A stretch of 32,000 nucleotides of DNA, from the sequence record CAXNAD020000071.1. One strand, written 5' to 3'. Position 1 is the stretch's first letter. Each line of letters begins with the position of its first letter. Below, in pieces: positions 29,520 to 32,000 of the stretch. The notes under the pieces were generated by a model. That model was given only the letters and a program-made list of their open reading frames with translations. It ran no database searches and was not told the DNA's origin. The position numbers and the translations under genes were made by a program.

Positions 29520-30491
29520 ATGAATTTTATTTTTTCTTTATTTACAATTCTTAGTCTTATCATTCCTTTATTGGTTGCAGTAGCTTATTTCACTTTAGCA
29601 GAACGTAAAATTATAGCAAGTATTCAACGCCGACGTGGCCCTAATGTTATTGGTTTTATGGGTTTACTTCAACCATTAGCCGATGGTTTAAAACTTTTTG
29701 TAAAAGAAACTGTATTACCCACAAATGCAAATACAGTATTGTTTCTTTTAGCACCAATAGTAAGTTTTTTTTTAAGTTTAATTGCATGGGCAGTTATTCC
29801 TTTTGGCTATGGTCAAGTTGTGTCTGATATTGATTTAGGTTTATTATACTCGTTATCCATTTCTTCTTTAGGTGTATATGGAGTTTTAATTTCAGGTTGG
29901 TCTAGTAATTCTAAATATGCTTTCTTAGGTGGTTTAAGATCTGCGGCTCAAATAATTTCTTATGAAGTTTGTATAGGTTTTCTTTTAGTAAATTTAATTC
30001 TTTGTGCTGGTTCTGCTAATTTGACTGAAATTGTTTTAGCACAAAAAGAGGTTTGGTTTATTGTTCCTCTTTTACCTATTAGTATTTTGTTTTTTATTTG
30101 TTGTTTAGCAGAAACTAATCGTCATCCTTTTGATTTGCCTGAAGCTGAAGCTGAATTAGTTTCAGGTTATAATGTTGAATATTCTGCGATAGGTTTTGCT
30201 CTTTTTTTTTTAGGCGAATATGCTAATATGCTAGTTATAAGTGCATTAACCTCTATTTTTTTTTTTGGTGGTTGGTTGCCTATTTTTTCTTTTATATATG
30301 TACCATGTGGTATTTGGTTAGGTTTAAAAATTTCATTTTTTGTTATTTTTTTCATTTGGGTTCGTGCTATTTTACCGCGTTATCGTTATGATCAACTTAT
30401 AGAATTGGGGTGGAAATGCTTCATTCCGCTGTCCGTGGGTTTTTTATTATTAACCGCGGGAATTTTATTATCATTCAATTGGCTAAACTAG
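29520..30491 (+). CDS. nad1: NADH dehydrogenase subunit 1
   Basis: ..[33 protein letters not shown].., ..[25 protein letters not shown]...[11 protein letters not shown].., ..[10 protein letters not shown]... The last 29 nt form one arm of a perfect palindrome. Confidence 0.95.
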   Translation: MNFIFSLFTILSLIIPLLVAVAYFTLAERKIIASIQRRRGPNVIGFMGLLQPLADGLKLFVKETVLPTNANTVLFLLAPIVSFFLSLIAWAVIPFGYGQVVSDIDLGLLYSLSISSLGVYGVLISGWSSNSKYAFLGGLRSAAQIISYEVCIGFLLVNLILCAGSANLTEIVLAQKEVWFIVPLLPISILFFICCLAETNRHPFDLPEAEAELVSGYNVEYSAIGFALFFLGEYANMLVISALTSIFFFGGWLPIFSFIYVPCGIWLGLKISFFVIFFIWVRAILPRYRYDQLIELGWKCFIPLSVGFLLLTAGILLSFNWLN

Positions 30492-30513
30492 CCAATTGAA
30501 TGATAATAAAATT
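30461..30513. terminator. perfect 25-bp inverted repeat (3-nt loop) at the convergent nad1/tatC junction, followed by a T-run; putative bidirectional 3'-end or processing hairpin
   Basis: AATTTTATTATCATTCAATTGGCTA-AAC-TAGCCAATTGAATGATAATAAAATT, then CTTTTGTTTTTTTTTTTTTT. The left arm encodes the nad1 C-terminus, and the nad1 stop TAG (30489-30491) opens the right arm. Confidence 0.45.
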
Positions 30514-30525
30514 CTTTTGTTTTTT

Positions 30526-30583
30526 TTTTTTTTAAGTTTATTATTATAATTACTTTTTTTTAAGTTTATTATTATAATTACTT
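30526..30583. repeat. two tandem copies of a 28-bp unit (TTTTTTTTAAGTTTATTATTATAATTAC) spanning the tatC 3' end
   Basis: Copy A (30526-30553) and copy B (30554-30581) are identical by hand alignment. Copy B encodes the last tatC codons (NYNNKLKKK). The tatC stop (complement of 30550-30552) lies in copy A. Confidence 0.7.
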
Positions 30584-31314
30584 ATCATACAAAGTATAAA
30601 TCTCCAACTTTCATACAATAAAATTATAGGTGATACAACAAAAATTTGAGTTGTAAAATTTGGTGGACTTAATAATGCTCCTATTAGACAAAATAATATA
30701 TATATTATTCGTCTGTGGTTAGTTCCTAGTATTTTTAAAAGTATATTATTTATACGTAAAAATACAAGTCCAAATGGTACCACAAAATTTAATCCTAATC
30801 CTATTAATTCTAGATAATACAAGTACTCATTAAGTTGAGGCTCATAATTAAGCTGGATAGTAGTAAATTCTTTTGTATATCCATATAAAAGTTCCCAACT
30901 TATTTGTATTAAGTAAGGTCCACAAAACAAAAATAAAAAAATGTATAAAATTGCTCCTTGCATTAAGATTTTTCTTATTTTTCTTGCTTCAGAGGCATAA
31001 AGGGCTGGTTTAACAAAATAATATACTTGTAAAATTGTCATAACTACCCCAGATTGTACGCTTATAAATAGACAAAGTCTTAAATATGCATAAAAAATAT
31101 CTGTAGGTTGGTTACTTACAAAGTGTGTGAATCCTTTTGGAATCAATATAAAAAGCAAAGTTTCTTTGTAACAGAAGGTTAGAATAAAAATTAAGCATAT
31201 TGTAAAACCAATATATAGTGCTCTAAATTTTAATTCATTGAAATATTTAATATAAACGTCTACCATTTTAATTACAAGTTGGTTTTTTTTGGTATTTCTT
31301 TTATTAGTACACAT
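30550..31314 (-). CDS. tatC: Sec-independent (twin-arginine) translocase subunit TatC (mttB/ymf16)
   Basis: Six-TM protein with a TatC-like start ..YIKYFNELKFRALYI.. and a C-terminal ..LSPPNFTTQI... (compare TatC ..SPPD..SQ..). Mitochondrial tatC is typical of stramenopile mtDNAs. The alternative start at 31266 (MVDVYIKYF..) removes a basic 16-aa leader. Confidence 0.85.
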   Translation of the reverse strand: MCTNKRNTKKNQLVIKMVDVYIKYFNELKFRALYIGFTICLIFILTFCYKETLLFILIPKGFTHFVSNQPTDIFYAYLRLCLFISVQSGVVMTILQVYYFVKPALYASEARKIRKILMQGAILYIFLFLFCGPYLIQISWELLYGYTKEFTTIQLNYEPQLNEYLYYLELIGLGLNFVVPFGLVFLRINNILLKILGTNHRRIIYILFCLIGALLSPPNFTTQIFVVSPIILLYESWRFILCMISNYNNKLKKK

Positions 31315-31317
31315 GTT

Positions 31318-31662
31318 ATGAAAAATATAAATTATTCTTTTTATGATTTTAAATATAGATTATACGACTGTGAGGTTTGGTATCAATCCACAAGTTTAAA
31401 AACACTTCGTTATTGGCTTTCAATTTTACCTGTTAAAGATTTTAATTTAAAATCTTTACCTACAAGGCGTAAAAGATTTACTCTTCTTAGATCCCCGCTA
31501 GGTAATAAAATATCTAAAGATCAGTATGAAGAAATTTCTTATTGTGGATTTTTATCGTTACGCAGTGCAAATCCAGGAAAAATTTTAGGATTTTTAGGTT
31601 TACTCCTTAAACCTATAGGGGTTAAGGTTAAAATTAGAGTCGGCATCGGTGTAGGGAGATAG
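31318..31662 (+). CDS. rps10: ribosomal protein S10
   Basis: ..LKSLPTRRKRFTLLRSPLGNKISKDQYE.. matches the S10 core (LPT....FTVLRSPH..K.S..QFE). The ORF-track start at 31279 is TTG overlapping tatC. The first in-frame ATG is at 31318. The TAG stop lies 10 nt inside trnW. Confidence 0.8.
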   Translation: MKNINYSFYDFKYRLYDCEVWYQSTSLKTLRYWLSILPVKDFNLKSLPTRRKRFTLLRSPLGNKISKDQYEEISYCGFLSLRSANPGKILGFLGLLLKPIGVKVKIRVGIGVGR

Positions 31663-31725
31663 TTCAATCGGCAGAACATTGGTCTCCAAAACCAAAGGTT
31701 GGGGGTTCAAGTCCCTTTCTTCCTG
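31653..31725 (+). tRNA. trnW(cca): tRNA-Trp (anticodon CCA)
   Basis: Acceptor AGGGAGA/TCTTCCT, D arm GTTC..GAAC, anticodon arm TTGGT-CTCCAAA-ACCAA, T arm GGGGG-TTCAAGT-CCCTT. A CCA anticodon (not UCA) fits TGA being a stop. Confidence 0.85.
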
Positions 31726-31850
31726 TTGATTAATTCTTGTTTCCATTTTTTAATCTTAATATGGAAACGATTAATTAATCTTGGTATATCAGTAAAAAAC
31801 AAAAGTCCTACAAATAATATAATTAATAAAGAAGAGATATTAAATTTCAT
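31707..31850 (-). CDS. candidate TatA-like small membrane protein (47 aa); not listed as such in the ORF track
   Basis: My own minus-strand translation is MKFNISSLLIILFVGLLFFTDIPRLINRFHIKIKKWKQELINRKKGT*. It shows one N-terminal TM helix followed directly by a basic amphipathic segment. The pattern resembles TatA/Tha4 (hydrophobic helix-LxFG-x-KLPxL-...-xFK). It is on the same strand as tatC, ~400 bp away. It is the ATG-initiated inner part of the 84-aa track ORF 31707..31961. Confidence 0.35.
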   Translation of the reverse strand: MKFNISSLLIILFVGLLFFTDIPRLINRFHIKIKKWKQELINRKKGT

Positions 31851-31863
31851 ATTTATAAAATTA

Positions 31864-31935
31864 TGGAGTCTAGCCAAGATGGTAAGGCGCCCGTTTTTGG
31901 TGCGGGGAACGTAGGTTCGAGTCCTGCGACTCCAG
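31864..31935 (+). tRNA. trnQ(uug): tRNA-Gln (anticodon TTG)
   Basis: Acceptor TGGAGTC/GACTCCA, anticodon arm CCCGT-TTTTGGT-GCGGG, T arm GTAGG-TTCGAGT-CCTGC. Confidence 0.85.
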
Positions 31936-32000
31936 GCCAAGGTGGTGGAAATGGTATACACGCTGGGTTTAGGTTCCAGTCCTATACGGTTAGGGGTTCA
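31936..32000 (+). tRNA. trnL(uag): tRNA-Leu (anticodon TAG), truncated by the window end in the T loop
   Basis: It starts immediately after trnQ. Acceptor 5' half GCCAAGG, D arm GTG..CAC, anticodon arm CTGGG-TTTAGGT-TCCAG, long variable arm, then GGGGTTCA at the window edge. Confidence 0.75.

Noticed and set aside
31699-31914. 71-aa plus-strand ORF spanning trnW to trnQ, and the upstream half (31851-31961) of the 84-aa minus-strand ORF
   Set aside because: The plus-strand frame begins inside trnW, ends inside trnQ and has no ATG. The minus-strand ORF's first 37 codons are antisense to trnQ and trnL. Only its ATG-initiated 47-codon inner part is kept as a candidate.

Overview
This window is almost all of an AT-rich mitochondrial genome. 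It is not a bacterial or nuclear locus. Gene content and order look like a photosynthetic stramenopile (ochrophyte), close to brown-algal synteny. The order is rps12-rps7-nad4L-rpl14-rpl5-atp9, then an inverted rpl2-rps19-rps3-rpl16 block, then rps13-rps11-cox3-atp6-nad2-cox1, atp8-nad9-cob-rpl31-cox2-nad4-nad5-nad6-nad11-nad3-rps14-nad7, rns-rrn5, rnl, rps8-rpl6-rps2-rps4-nad1, inverted tatC, and rps10. The taxon assignment is from memory of published gene orders, not from a search.

I support 37 assignable protein genes (rps12 is only a 3' fragment), 2 longer unassigned ORFs, 1 short TatA-like ORF, 3 rRNAs including a mitochondrial 5S, and 23 hand-folded tRNAs (the last is cut by the window end). 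The genetic code is standard: TGA is used as a stop and trnW carries anticodon CCA. No introns, homing endonucleases, plasmid-like polymerases, CRISPRs or mobile elements are visible.

Packing is extreme. There are ATGA or TAATG start/stop overlaps, tRNAs abutting or overlapping ORF ends, and spacers of 3-11 bp at both divergent strand switches. Several ORF-track starts are artefacts that read through upstream tRNAs or begin at TTG. I give corrected starts for nad4L, nad2, cob, nad4, nad5, rps14, rps8, rpl6 and rps10.

I see no multi-gene novel system. The items most worth a second look are:
- an unannotated 47-codon minus-strand ORF near tatC that looks like a TatA subunit;
- orf253, a membrane/acidic coiled-coil ORF with atypical G/C-ending codons;
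- orf132, placed 2 nt after rpl16, with a faint L10-like pattern;
- a 26-nt mirror-symmetric G-tract next to trnL(UAA);
- a perfect 25-bp palindrome covering the nad1 stop codon;
- a 120-bp-spaced duplication of the nad5-end/nad6-start junction.

All tRNA folds, alignments and coordinates were done by eye and need software confirmation.
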